From contig NC_010503.1 in the NCBI RefSeq assembly GCF_000019345.1, forward strand, positions 1 to 32,000: 32,000 bases of DNA. The letters are read 5' to 3'. This DNA comes from Ureaplasma parvum serovar 3 str. ATCC 27815. Lineage in GTDB: Bacteria; Bacillota_I; Bacilli_A; Mycoplasmatales; Mycoplasmoidaceae. Each line of letters starts with the position of its first letter. Within the stretch, counting starts at the first letter, position 1. The notes beneath the pieces were generated by a model, which was given only the letters and a program-made list of their open reading frames with translations, did no database searches and was not told where the DNA came from. A program made the translations under genes and the position numbers. Below are positions 1 through 9,094 of this stretch, piece by piece.

Positions 1-26
1 TTATTTATAAAAAATAGAGGTTACTA

Positions 27-1400
27 ATGGCTAATAATTATCAAACTTTATATGATTCAGCAATAAAAAGGATTCCATACGATCTTATTTCTGATCAAGC
101 TTATGCAATTCTACAAAATGCTAAAACTCATAAAGTTTGCGATGGTGTTTTATATATAATTGTAGCCAATGCCTTTGAAAAAAGTATTATTAACGGTAAT
201 TTTATTAACATTATTTCTAAATATCTAAGCGAAGAATTCAAAAAGGAAAATATTGTTAATTTTGAATTTATTATAGACAATGAAAAATTATTAATTAATA
301 GCAATTTTTTAATTAAAGAAACTAATATTAAAAATCGTTTTAATTTTAGTGATGAACTTTTACGTTACAATTTTAACAATTTAGTAATTAGTAATTTTAA
401 TCAAAAAGCGATTAAGGCGATTGAAAATTTATTTTCAAATAACTATGATAATAGTTCAATGTGTAACCCTTTATTTTTATTTGGTAAAGTTGGTGTTGGT
501 AAAACGCATATCGTGGCTGCTGCTGGTAATCGTTTTGCTAATAGTAATCCTAATTTAAAAATTTATTATTATGAAGGGCAAGATTTTTTTCGAAAGTTTT
601 GTTCTGCTTCGTTAAAAGGGACTAGTTATGTTGAAGAGTTTAAAAAAGAAATTGCTTCAGCAGATTTATTAATTTTTGAAGATATTCAAAATATCCAATC
701 ACGTGATTCAACGGCTGAATTGTTTTTTAATATCTTTAATGATATAAAATTAAATGGTGGAAAAATTATCTTAACATCTGACCGTACACCAAACGAACTT
801 AATGGTTTTCATAATCGAATTATTTCGAGATTAGCGTCAGGTTTGCAGTGTAAAATTTCTCAACCCGACAAAAATGAAGCTATTAAAATTATTAATAATT
901 GGTTTGAATTCAAAAAAAAATATCAAATTACTGACGAAGCTAAAGAATATATTGCTGAAGGTTTTCACACTGATATTAGACAGATGATTGGTAATCTAAA
1001 ACAAATTTGTTTTTGAGCGGACAATGATACTAATAAAGATTTAATAATCACAAAAGATTATGTAATTGAGTGTTCAGTTGAAAACGAAATTCCACTAAAT
1101 ATTGTTGTTAAAAAACAATTTAAACCTGAACAAATAATTGAAATTGTTGCAAAAGAATTAAATATAAAAACAGATTTAATTAAATCTTCTATTAGAAAAA
1201 ATAATATAGTTTGAGCGCGTGATATTGTTTGTTATATTCTAAAAAATAAACTAAATTTAACTTTAACAGATATTGGTAAATTACTAAACGGACGAGAACA
1301 CACTACAATTAGTCATAGTATTAGTAAAGTTCAAAAAATTCTTGATGATGAAAATAGTCAAGAAGCACTACAAATTAATCTAATTATCAATAAATTTTAA
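27..1400 (+). CDS. dnaA: Chromosomal replication initiator protein DnaA (457 aa)
   Basis: ORF-track 27..1016 continues in frame through TGA at 1014 and 1212 to TAA at 1398..1400. Walker [10 protein letters not shown], Walker [10 protein letters not shown]-terminal DNA-binding helix ([14 protein letters not shown]). AGAGG Shine-Dalgarno (SD) upstream of the ATG. Confidence 0.95.
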
Positions 1401-1540
1401 TTTTATTAAAGAAAAGTAATCAAAACTTATTAAAATATTATATATTTATATATAGTGTATTTTCGTGTTTTTGAACTCAAAACATAAAATTACTAATTTT
1501 TTATTATTTAACTTATATATTGTAATAAAGGAAGAGAATT

Positions 1541-1828
1541 ATGAGAGATATTCATCCAGTAAGCAAACCATGCGTTTATAATTGTGTAACATGTAAAAAA
1601 GAATTTATAATTGATTCTGCAGCAAAAAATACAGAAGTTGCAATTGAAGTTTGTTCAAATTGCCATACATTTTTTATTGGTAAACAAAACGCAACTACAA
1701 CATTACGTGGTCGTGCTGAAAAACTAAATAATCGTTTTGAAGCTGGTTTAAATAACATTAATAAAAAACCAGAAAAGAAAAAAATACAAGGTAAATCTGA
1801 ACCAAGAAAAAGTTTAAACGAATTATAA
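1541..1828 (+). CDS. rpmE: 50S ribosomal protein L31, Zn-ribbon type, with a Lys-rich C-terminal tail
   Basis: CxxC...CxxCH pattern (CVTCKK...CSNCH) and RGRAEKLNNRF motif. AAGGAAGAG SD upstream. Ends in TAA. Confidence 0.9.
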   Translation: MRDIHPVSKPCVYNCVTCKKEFIIDSAAKNTEVAIEVCSNCHTFFIGKQNATTTLRGRAEKLNNRFEAGLNNINKKPEKKKIQGKSEPRKSLNEL

Positions 1829-1895
1829 TTAATCATCTTGTCATTAATTGCCAAGATTGTTTAATTCTTTTTGTATAATTAAAAATTAGTAGATT

Positions 1896-1932
1896 AAATA
1901 ACAGGCAATTAGATTACCTGTTATTTTATTTT
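1896..1932 (+). terminator. Rho-independent terminator after rpmE
   Basis: Perfect 10-bp stem AAATAACAGG (1896..1905) / CCTGTTATTT (1917..1926), 11-nt loop, followed by a T-rich run. Confidence 0.7.
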
Positions 1933-1960
1933 TACTAAAATATTTAAAACTGAGGGACTT

Positions 1961-3040
1961 ATGGAATACAACAAAAAACTTTATGAAGCAATTGAACGAG
2001 TCGCTATTAAAAATGACGCTTTAAAAAAAGAATTAGAAACGGTTGTAACAGACTTTAAAAAAATTAAAGAGATTAATATACAGTTAAAAAAAACTACTAA
2101 AATTGCTGAAGCCTTTGCAAAATATAAACAAAAATTGGATACTGGTATAGCTGCTGAAAAAATATTAAATACAGAAAAAGATTTAGAATTAATCGAATTA
2201 GCACAGATGGATTTAGATGAAGCTAAAATTAATATTCCAATAATTGAAAATGATTTAAAAATTATGCTGTTGCCAACTGATCCTAATGATGATAAAAATG
2301 TTATTGTTGAAATGCGCCCTGCTGCTGGAGGGGATGAATCATCAATTTTTGTCGGCAATTTGTTTGATACATATCGTGCTTATGCTGAAAATAATAATTG
2401 AAAAATGAAAATTATAGAAATGACTCCGAATGCTGTTGGTTTTAGTTTTATTTCTTTTATGATTTCTGGAGAAGAAGTTTATTCACGAATGAAATTTGAG
2501 TCAGGAGTTCATCGAGTACAACGTGTACCTGCTACTGAATCTAAAGGAAGAGTACATACGTCAACAATTACAGTTGCTGTTCTTCCAGAACAAGATGAAG
2601 TTGATGTTGTAATTAATCCAACAGAATTAAGAATTGATACTTACCGTGCAAGTGGGGCTGGAGGACAGCATGTTAATAGAACAGAATCAGCTGTAAGAAT
2701 TACGCATATTCCAACAGGGGTTGTTGCTGCATGTCAAGAGGGAAAATCACAAATTGAAAACCGAGAAACAGCTATGAAAATGTTAAGAGCTAAATTATGA
2801 GAAGCAGCTCAAGAACAGCAAAATGCAGAATTTGCTAATTTAAGAAAAAATCAAGTTGGTACAGGGGATCGTTCTGAAAAAATCCGTACTTACAATTATC
2901 CACAGAACCGCGTTACTGACCATCGTATTAACCTAACATTAAATAAATTAGACCAAATCATGATGGGTGAGTTAGATGAGATTATTGATGCATTAATTGC
3001 TGACGAACAAACTGGTTTAATGGCTAATTTAGATATTTAA
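1961..3040 (+). CDS. prfA: Peptide chain release factor 1 (359 aa)
   Basis: ORFs 1961..2401 and 2405..2800 plus the 2801..3040 tail share one frame, joined by TGA at 2399 and 2798. GGQ motif ([23 protein letters not shown]) and RF1-type PAT tripeptide (RVPATE). Checked codon by codon to TAA at 3038. Confidence 0.95.
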
Positions 3041-3912
3041 TGACCTACCATCAATTAATTTTTCAAGCATACTCACTACTTGAAAAAAAATTACGTAATC
3101 CACAAGTAGCATTTCAGTTGCTGTACGGATTAGATAATAAAATTAACGATTCTTATAGTTTTTCAAATAACCGCTTAACAATTGTAAATTCTAATTTAGA
3201 ATATACATATTTTAAACTATTAGATGAATTTATTAATGGAAAACCATTAGTGAGAATTTTAGGATATGGCTATTTTTGTGCAAAGCGCTTTTATGTTGAT
3301 AAAAATGTTTTTGCTTTTCGTGTTGAAACTGAATTATTAATAGATGTTGTTAATAAAGTAATTCAACAATCCACTTATAAAATTAAAAATGTTATTGATG
3401 TTTGTTGTGGTAGTGGTGTTTTAGGGTTAAGTACAAAAATGAATTTTAATCAATTGAATGTTTCATTATTAGATATTTCTATTGATGCAATTAATAATTG
3501 CAAAAAAAATGCTAAATATCATAACTTAACAGATGTAAATTTTATTCATAAAAGTATGCAAGAATACTTTTTAAACACAAAAAAACGGTTTGATTTAATT
3601 ATCTGTAATCCCCCATATATCAAAAGTAATTATGAATTAAATCGTGAAGTCTTAGATTATGACCCCATTAATGCACTTATTGATTTCGATCACAAAGATG
3701 GAATTAGTTTTTATTTATTTATAATAAATAACATTAAATCAATTGCTAATGAGAAATTCACTATTATTTTTGAAATTGGTTTTGATCAAAAAGAAATTTT
3801 AGAAAAAGTTATTAAAAAAAATGAATTTCCTCTTTTTTACTACTTTATAAATGATTATAATAATCTATGTAGAATTTTAATAATAAGTAATATTAAATAT
3901 GAAAATTTATAG
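3040..3912 (+). CDS. prmC: Release-factor glutamine N5-methyltransferase PrmC/HemK
   Basis: NPPY catalytic motif (ICNPPYI), SAM-binding DVCCGSGVLG. The ATG overlaps the prfA stop (TAATG). Conserved prfA-prmC synteny. Confidence 0.9.
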   Translation: MTYHQLIFQAYSLLEKKLRNPQVAFQLLYGLDNKINDSYSFSNNRLTIVNSNLEYTYFKLLDEFINGKPLVRILGYGYFCAKRFYVDKNVFAFRVETELLIDVVNKVIQQSTYKIKNVIDVCCGSGVLGLSTKMNFNQLNVSLLDISIDAINNCKKNAKYHNLTDVNFIHKSMQEYFLNTKKRFDLIICNPPYIKSNYELNREVLDYDPINALIDFDHKDGISFYLFIINNIKSIANEKFTIIFEIGFDQKEILEKVIKKNEFPLFYYFINDYNNLCRILIISNIKYENL

Positions 3913-4453
3913 AATAACTAATTTAAATGTGATTTATGATGCTTTAATGGCCAATAAATGTGTTCTAATCCCTACTGATACTATCATTGGTTTATTAGCA
4001 AAAAATCAAGATGTAATTTATGAAATTAAGCAACGTGATCGAAATAAGAAAATCATCCGCTTTGTAGCCGATTACAAATTACTTGGTGATTTAACTGTAG
4101 AACAAAAGCAATTTTTAGATCTTTTTTGACCAGGTTCTGTCACTATCATTAAAAATGGTATTTCTTATCGTATGCCAAATAGCCCTTATATACTAAAATT
4201 AATTCAAAAGTTAGGTCCGTTATATTGTAGTAGTGCTAATATTTCAGGTGAAGAACCAATTAAAAATCATAATGAAGCAATTTTTAAATTTGGAGCAAAT
4301 AGTAAACTAATTTATGTTGAAGCACAACAACAAATTGGTGTTCCATCAACTATTGTTGACATCGATAAATGAGAATACATTCGTCGTGGTGCTAATGTTG
4401 AGATGGTAGATATGTTTATTAAAGAACTAAAAGATAATAAAACAGGGAAATAA
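3899..4453 (+). CDS. tsaC: L-threonylcarbamoyladenylate synthase, short YwlC/Sua5/TsaC type (184 aa)
   Basis: ORFs 3899..4129 and 4172..4372 are one frame, joined by TGA at 4127 and 4370. Ends in TAA at 4451. Motifs IPTDTIIGL and CSSANISGEEP. Overlaps the prmC 3' end by 14 nt. Confidence 0.8.
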
Positions 4454-4456
4454 TCA

Positions 4457-4921
4457 ATGATAAAAAAAATTTATTTTGGTAATGATCATGCTGCTTATGA
4501 AATTAAAGATCAAATTATCACTCATTTAAAACAAAAAGGTTATCAAATTATTGATGAAGGTGCACAAGCCGCATTAGGTTCTGTTGATTATAGTACATAT
4601 GCATTAAAAGTTGCTAATGACGTTGTTAATGATACTAAAAATGATAGCATAGGTATTTTATTATGTGGCACGGGAATAGGTATGAATATAGCAGCAAGCA
4701 AAGTGCATGGAACGCGGGTTGCGTTAGTGTATAACGAAAGCAGTGCAAAACTAGCCAAGGAGCATAATAATGCTAACATAATTACTATAGGAGCACGTGA
4801 AAATAGTTTAAACCAAATTCTTAAAATGATTGATGATTTTTTAACAAGTAAATTTTTAGGCGAGCGTCACCAAAAACGTTTAGATATAATTGCAAAATAT
4901 GAAAAAGAGCAAAATAGTTAA
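4457..4921 (+). CDS. rpiB: Ribose-5-phosphate isomerase B (RpiB/LacAB family)
   Basis: FGNDHAAY and LCGTGIGMNIAASK motifs. The order rpmE-prfA-prmC-ywlC-rpiB matches the Bacillus-type arrangement. Confidence 0.9.
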   Translation: MIKKIYFGNDHAAYEIKDQIITHLKQKGYQIIDEGAQAALGSVDYSTYALKVANDVVNDTKNDSIGILLCGTGIGMNIAASKVHGTRVALVYNESSAKLAKEHNNANIITIGARENSLNQILKMIDDFLTSKFLGERHQKRLDIIAKYEKEQNS

Positions 4922-5016
4922 TTTTAAAAGTTTTTTTAATTTTTTTAACATTTTGTGTTCATTTTGTAGTAATATAAAAGTGCAATAAAATATTAATATT
5001 AAAGAAAGATTATATT

Positions 5017-5577
5017 ATGTTAAATATTTTAAATAATGTATCTAATTCTTCACTATATTCAGCCGCTTCAAATGCTACTGCGCAAACTGGTTCAAATTTG
5101 ATCAATGATCTAGTTCCAGAAACATTAACCGCTTCAGGAATTAGTATCGCTATTTCTGTTTTTAGTGTTATAGGTACGATCGTTATTGCTTTGAGTGTAT
5201 TGCCACAAACAATTAAAACTTTACGTGAAAAAGATACAGCTTCATTAAGTTTATTACTATTCTTGCTTAATGGTATTGCTACAGCCTTTTTAACTCTATA
5301 CGGTATTGGACTTGTTACAGTTCATCCAAATTCATTTTCATTCTTAGTGGATATTAAAAACGGAATGTTCATTTATAATAGAGAAGAGTGAGTTGCTGGA
5401 TACTTAATCTGCGGTATCTTCTTAATTATGGGTGAAGCATTATGTTCAGTAACTTCATTTATTGTTCTATTCTGCAAAGTTAATAACATGATTAAAGCTA
5501 AAAAAATGGGAATGAGCGAAGAAGAATATTATGAAAAACAAATTAAACCATTCCTAAAAGTGAAAGGAGCTAACTAA
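5017..5577 (+). CDS. PQ-loop (SemiSWEET-like) 3-TM membrane protein, 186 aa
   Basis: ORF 5017..5391 extended through TGA at 5389 to TAA at 5575 (checked codon by codon). PQ-loop signature LPQTIKTLREKDTASLSLLLF after the first hydrophobic helix. Three predicted TM helices. Confidence 0.75.
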
Positions 5578-5579
5578 TT

Positions 5580-6056
5580 ATGAATTTCACTTCATTATTG
5601 CAAGATGGTATATATGAAGTTGGTAATGGTGCAATCGTTACTGACCAATCACCATATTTAGGAATTACACCTGATTATCAGGGTGCATATGGTTTCCCAA
5701 CACACCCTTGAGGTATTTTCTTTCAAGTTGTTGGAGCTATTTTAGTTTTTGGTGCTTATTTACCTGCTGTTATTAAAGTACTAATTTCAAAAAGAACTGA
5801 AAATTTGGCTATTGGTATGTGAATTATTTCAATTGCTGGTTTAGGATTATTAGCGATATTTGCTTGATTAGGTGTTTCTGTAAACCCTGGAGGATTTATT
5901 CTTGTAGCTCTAAGTGAAACACTATCTTGCATTGCAAGTATAATTGTGTTTGCTTTAAAAATTGCAAATAAAGCTAAAGCTAAAGCCGCTGGTATGACTG
6001 AATTAGAATACTGCAACTTACACTATCCAATTGTTAAAAAATTACCTAAAAGATAA
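5580..6056 (+). CDS. Divergent PQ-loop-like 3-TM membrane protein, 158 aa (not in the ORF track)
   Basis: ATG at 5580 lies 2 nt after the upstream stop. Frame is open through TGA at 5709, 5820 and 5865 to TAA at 6054 (checked codon by codon). LPAVIKVLISKRTENLAIGMW aligns with the PQ motif of the upstream gene. Track ORF 5756..6016(-) is its antisense shadow. Confidence 0.7.
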
Positions 6057-6084
6057 ATTTAATACTTTTTTTAAAAAAAGAAGA

Positions 6085-6124
6085 AGAAAGAGAGAAGAGT
6101 TAAAACTCTTTTTTCTTTTTTTAT
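6085..6124 (+). terminator. Rho-independent terminator after the PQ-loop pair
   Basis: Long purine/pyrimidine stem (about 6085..6100 pairs with 6105..6120, including G-U pairs), TAAA loop, then a T-run. Confidence 0.65.
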
Positions 6125-6158
6125 TGTTTATTATCTATAAAACTAAGTTAATGTCTAT

Positions 6159-6164
6159 TATAAT
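6159..6164 (+). promoter_or_regulatory. Candidate -10 box (TATAAT) for mgtE
   Basis: Perfect TATAAT 37 nt upstream of the proposed GTG start. No convincing -35. Confidence 0.3.
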
Positions 6165-6200
6165 ATAAATTATAAATTTTATTTGTGGAGGTGGTTTATT

Positions 6201-7823
6201 GTGGAAAATAAACAAAGTACATTAAATTTAAATAACAACACAAATATTAATCAAAATTTTCTAACACAAAATATTTTAAAAACTTACGAACATAAAGATA
6301 TTACAGGACTTAAAAAATTACTAAAATCAAAACGGATTGATAAAATTGTTGAAAGTCTTGAAACTATTAATGATACACAAATTATTTTATTTGTATTAGT
6401 TGCCACAAAAGATGGAATTTGTGGTGATATTTTTAAATATTTAAATACTGAATTAAAATCAAAAATCATAAATGACGCAAGTTTACAGCAATTAAGAATC
6501 ATTTTATTTGAACTTTATAATGATGATGTGATTATTTTAAAAAATGATTTTCCTATGTATACTAAAAAAATCTTACTTTCATTAGACAGCCAACAAAGAG
6601 CAGCTATTAAGCAATTATCTGAATTTGATGAAGATGAAGCTGGTTCAATCATCAATTCTGACTTTTTTACAATCAATCAAAATCTTTCTATCAAAGAAGC
6701 ACTAATTGAAATAAAAAGAATGTATAATGACTTTGAACAAAGTAATATTATATATGTAGTAGATAATTATAATCGTTTAAAAGGATATGTAACAATTCAT
6801 TCATTACTTTTTGCAGATTCTTTTGAATTGAAAATTTCTAATGTTATTCAAGAAGATGTTTTCTATGTTCGTAGTGATGAAGATATTGATGCTGTTTTAG
6901 ATATTTTCAGAAAGTATCAAATTGAACAATTAGCAGTTGTTGATAAAGATAACCAATTAATTGGTTATATTAGTGATAATGATATTTTACCCGTAATTAA
7001 TGCTGAAACAACTACTGATATTTATAAAATGTATGGGATTAGCGAATTAGATTTTCCTTACATTAAATCAAGTGTTTTTGTTTTATTTAAATCACGTCTA
7101 TTATGATTGGCTGTATTAATGATTTCAGCTACATGTACTGGTTTTTTAATTGATAAATTTCAAGATGTAGGACAATTAGTCACAGCAGGTTTATCAACAT
7201 TAGTTATCGTACCAATCATTCCAGCAATGACGGGAACAAGTGGAAATGCTGGATCACAAGCTGCCGCCTCTGTGATTCGTGCTTTATCAGTTGGTGAAAT
7301 TACTTTAAAAGAATATAATAAAGTCCTTGCCAAAGAATTTTTGGTTGGTGCTTTAATTGGTTTAGTTTTAGCAATTATTAATTTTGCTCGTTTGATTATA
7401 TATTTTGCTATTATTAAACCTGATTTACAACAATACAATGTTTTATACGAAAATATTACTAATAATCCACATACTAAAATGATTGTAGGAGCAATTGTTT
7501 CAGCTGGATCATCAGTCGCTTTGTTTTTTGCTATTGTAATTTCTAAATTGCTTGGTGGAACACTGCCACTTTTAGCAACAAAATTAAAAATTGATCCTAC
7601 AATTATGTCAACACCAATTTTATCGACATTACTTGATATGGTTACAACTATTATCCTATTTGGTTTTGGTATTATATTTTTATTAATTATTGTTGATAAA
7701 GTTAAAGTCGAACAACTAAATAATATCCGCGAGCATATTCATGCTATTAAAAATGTTAATTCATGATTACCTAATCAAAATTTTTTATTAAATAATTTGA
7801 ATTATTCAAAACATTTTGCTTAA
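6201..7823 (+). CDS. mgtE: Magnesium transporter MgtE (540 aa)
   Basis: ORFs 6183..7106 and 7107..7766 are one frame, joined by TGA at 7104 and 7764. Ends in TAA at 7821. MgtE N-domain, CBS pair, and TM domain with PAMTGTSGNAGSQ. Start moved to GTG 6201 because GGAGGTGG (6187..6194) lies 6 nt upstream. The track's TTG at 6183 sits upstream of and overlaps that SD. Confidence 0.9.
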
Positions 7824-7852
7824 TTTTTTTATAGAAATAATTATTTATAAAA

Positions 7853-7861
7853 TGTTATAAT
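7853..7861 (+). promoter_or_regulatory. Extended -10 promoter (TGTTATAAT) for rplJ-rplL
   Basis: TGnTATAAT match at 7853..7861, about 120 nt upstream of the rplJ ATG. Confidence 0.5.
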
Positions 7862-7867
7862 TTAAAA

Positions 7868-7979
7868 GCAATATGCCTAAGAAAGTAACTGTTTATTAAT
7901 TAAACTTAATTTGTTACCGAGGTTTATATTAAACAAAAATGCATGTTGCAAACACATATTCTAAATAAGAGGTATAAAT
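7868..7979 (+). ncRNA. Candidate ribosomal protein L10 leader (autoregulatory 5' UTR)
   Basis: About 110-nt leader between the putative promoter and rplJ. Contains hairpin GTAAC...ATTAA-TTAAAC-TTAAT...GTTAC (about 7886..7919) flanked by GCCTAAGAAA and CGAGG. Call rests on position and structure only. No covariance model was run. Confidence 0.3.
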
Positions 7980-8480
7980 ATGGCAAATGTTAGACCAAGT
8001 GTTGTTTTTAAACAACAAGAAGTCAACCATATGGCAGATATACTAAAAAATTCAAAATCTTTTATTGTTTTTGAATATCATGGATTAACTGCTGCTAACA
8101 TTTTAGCGTTAAGAAATGTTTTACATTCATCAAATTCTAAATTATATGTTTTAAAAAATAATATTACAGCACGTGCTTTTGAAAAAGCTGGTGTTAGTGG
8201 ATTTGAAAATCAATTAACAGGACCTAACGCAGTTGCTGTTGCAATGGACGATGAAATTGCTGCGATTAAAGCAGTAAATGATGTAGCTAAAGAATTTGAT
8301 TTTGTCAAAATTAAAGGTGCATATCTTGAAAACAAATTTGCAGATACTCACAAAATCGATCAACTTGCTGCAATTCCTGGCCGTGAAGGTCTATACTCAA
8401 TGCTACTTTCTTGCTTCACAGCACCATTACGTAATGTGATGTATGGTTTAAAAGCTGTAGCTGAGCAAAAAGGTGAATAA
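7980..8480 (+). CDS. rplJ: 50S ribosomal protein L10
   Basis: Intact 166-aa ORF. AAGAGG SD. Immediately precedes rplL. Confidence 0.93.
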   Translation: MANVRPSVVFKQQEVNHMADILKNSKSFIVFEYHGLTAANILALRNVLHSSNSKLYVLKNNITARAFEKAGVSGFENQLTGPNAVAVAMDDEIAAIKAVNDVAKEFDFVKIKGAYLENKFADTHKIDQLAAIPGREGLYSMLLSCFTAPLRNVMYGLKAVAEQKGE

Positions 8481-8504
8481 AATAATATTATTGGAGAATT
8501 TAAT

Positions 8505-8870
8505 ATGTCAAAATTAACAATTGAACAATTTATTGCTGCGATTAAAGAAATGTCAATGCTAGAATTAAACGATTTGGTTAAAGCTATCGAAACTGAATTT
8601 GGTGTGTCTGCTGCTGCTCCTGTTGCCGCTGCTGCTGCTCCTGTTGCCGCTGAAGCTCCAACTGAAGTAACTATTAAATTAGTTGAAGCTGGTACTAATA
8701 AAGTTGGTGTAATTAAATTAATTCGTGAGATTACAGGATTAGGATTAATGGAAGCTAAAACTGCTGCTGAAACTGCAGGCAGTGTAATTAAAGAAGATGT
8801 TAAAACAGAAGAAGCTAACGAAATCAAAAAGAAATTTGATGAACTTGGTGCAAAAGTACAACTTGTTTAA
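8505..8870 (+). CDS. rplL: 50S ribosomal protein L7/L12
   Basis: N-terminal dimerisation helix, Ala/Pro hinge, C-terminal domain (GLGLMEAK...ELGAKVQLV). GGAGAA SD. Confidence 0.95.
   Translation: MSKLTIEQFIAAIKEMSMLELNDLVKAIETEFGVSAAAPVAAAAAPVAAEAPTEVTIKLVEAGTNKVGVIKLIREITGLGLMEAKTAAETAGSVIKEDVKTEEANEIKKKFDELGAKVQLV
8610..8651 (+). repeat. Perfect 2 x 21-bp tandem duplication in the rplL hinge
   Basis: GCTGCTGCTCCTGTTGCCGCT at 8610..8630 is repeated exactly at 8631..8651. It encodes AAAPVAA twice. Confidence 0.95.
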
Positions 8871-8900
8871 TTTTCTCTTTTTTATAAATTGTTATTAATT

Positions 8901-8937
8901 AAAAACCGGCATCTTTTATAAAGGATACCGGTTTTTA
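8901..8937. terminator. Bidirectional terminator at the convergence of the + and - gene blocks
   Basis: AAAAACCGGCATC / GATACCGGTTTTT stem with A-run and T-run flanks. Lies 31 nt after the rplL stop. Confidence 0.75.
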
Positions 8938-9094
8938 ATTCTATTTGTTTTTGTTCTAATCAAATTTAATTAGATATTTTATTAAGTTAAATTATAAAGT
9001 TATTATAGTTATAAATGATGATAAAAAAACATTAAGCGTTATACTAATTCATTTTTTATCTTGAATAGACACATACTTAATGTTTTATTTTTAA

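Noticed and set aside
1576-1854. Track ORFs antisense to or overlapping real genes: 1576..1854(-), 1981..2358(-), 4588..4779(-), 5756..6016(-), 6284..6502(-), 7160..7438(-), 8360..8827(-), 11158..11364(-), 16539..16820(+), 21008..21226(+), 24755..24961(-), 26256..26561(+)
   Set aside because: Each lies entirely within, or (1576..1854) almost entirely within, a well-supported gene on the opposite strand or in another frame. All have low-complexity, Cys/Phe/Ser-rich translations with no motifs. These are typical shadow ORFs of AT-rich genomes.
1872-1879. TGTATAAT extended -10 match between rpmE and prfA, upstream of the 1896..1926 hairpin (possible promoter-plus-attenuator for prfA)
   Set aside because: A transcript starting here would have only about 10 nt before a strong terminator stem. 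That leaves no room for an antiterminator or sensor. The hairpin is more simply the rpmE terminator, and TATAAT-like strings are frequent at this base composition.
6057-6200. Possible Mg2+ (M-box/ykoK) riboswitch upstream of mgtE
   Set aside because: The spacer is only about 144 nt. About 40 nt of it is the upstream terminator and it also holds the promoter. The rest is nearly pure A/T, without the GC-containing helices of an M-box.
6183-6200. TTG start at 6183 given by the ORF track for mgtE
   Set aside because: A strong GGAGGTGG SD occupies 6187..6194, inside that proposed N-terminus, and is correctly spaced for GTG at 6201. The same logic moves the rpsB start from GTG 27965 to ATG 27956.
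9027-9085. Perfect 10-bp inverted repeat AAACATTAAG / CTTAATGTTT separated by 39 nt, just downstream of the lipoprotein stop
   Set aside because: It could be a large-loop terminator for the 9095..10645 gene (an A-run gives T's on the - strand). It has no other distinguishing feature, no associated ORF and no second copy. I did not treat it as a mobile-element end.
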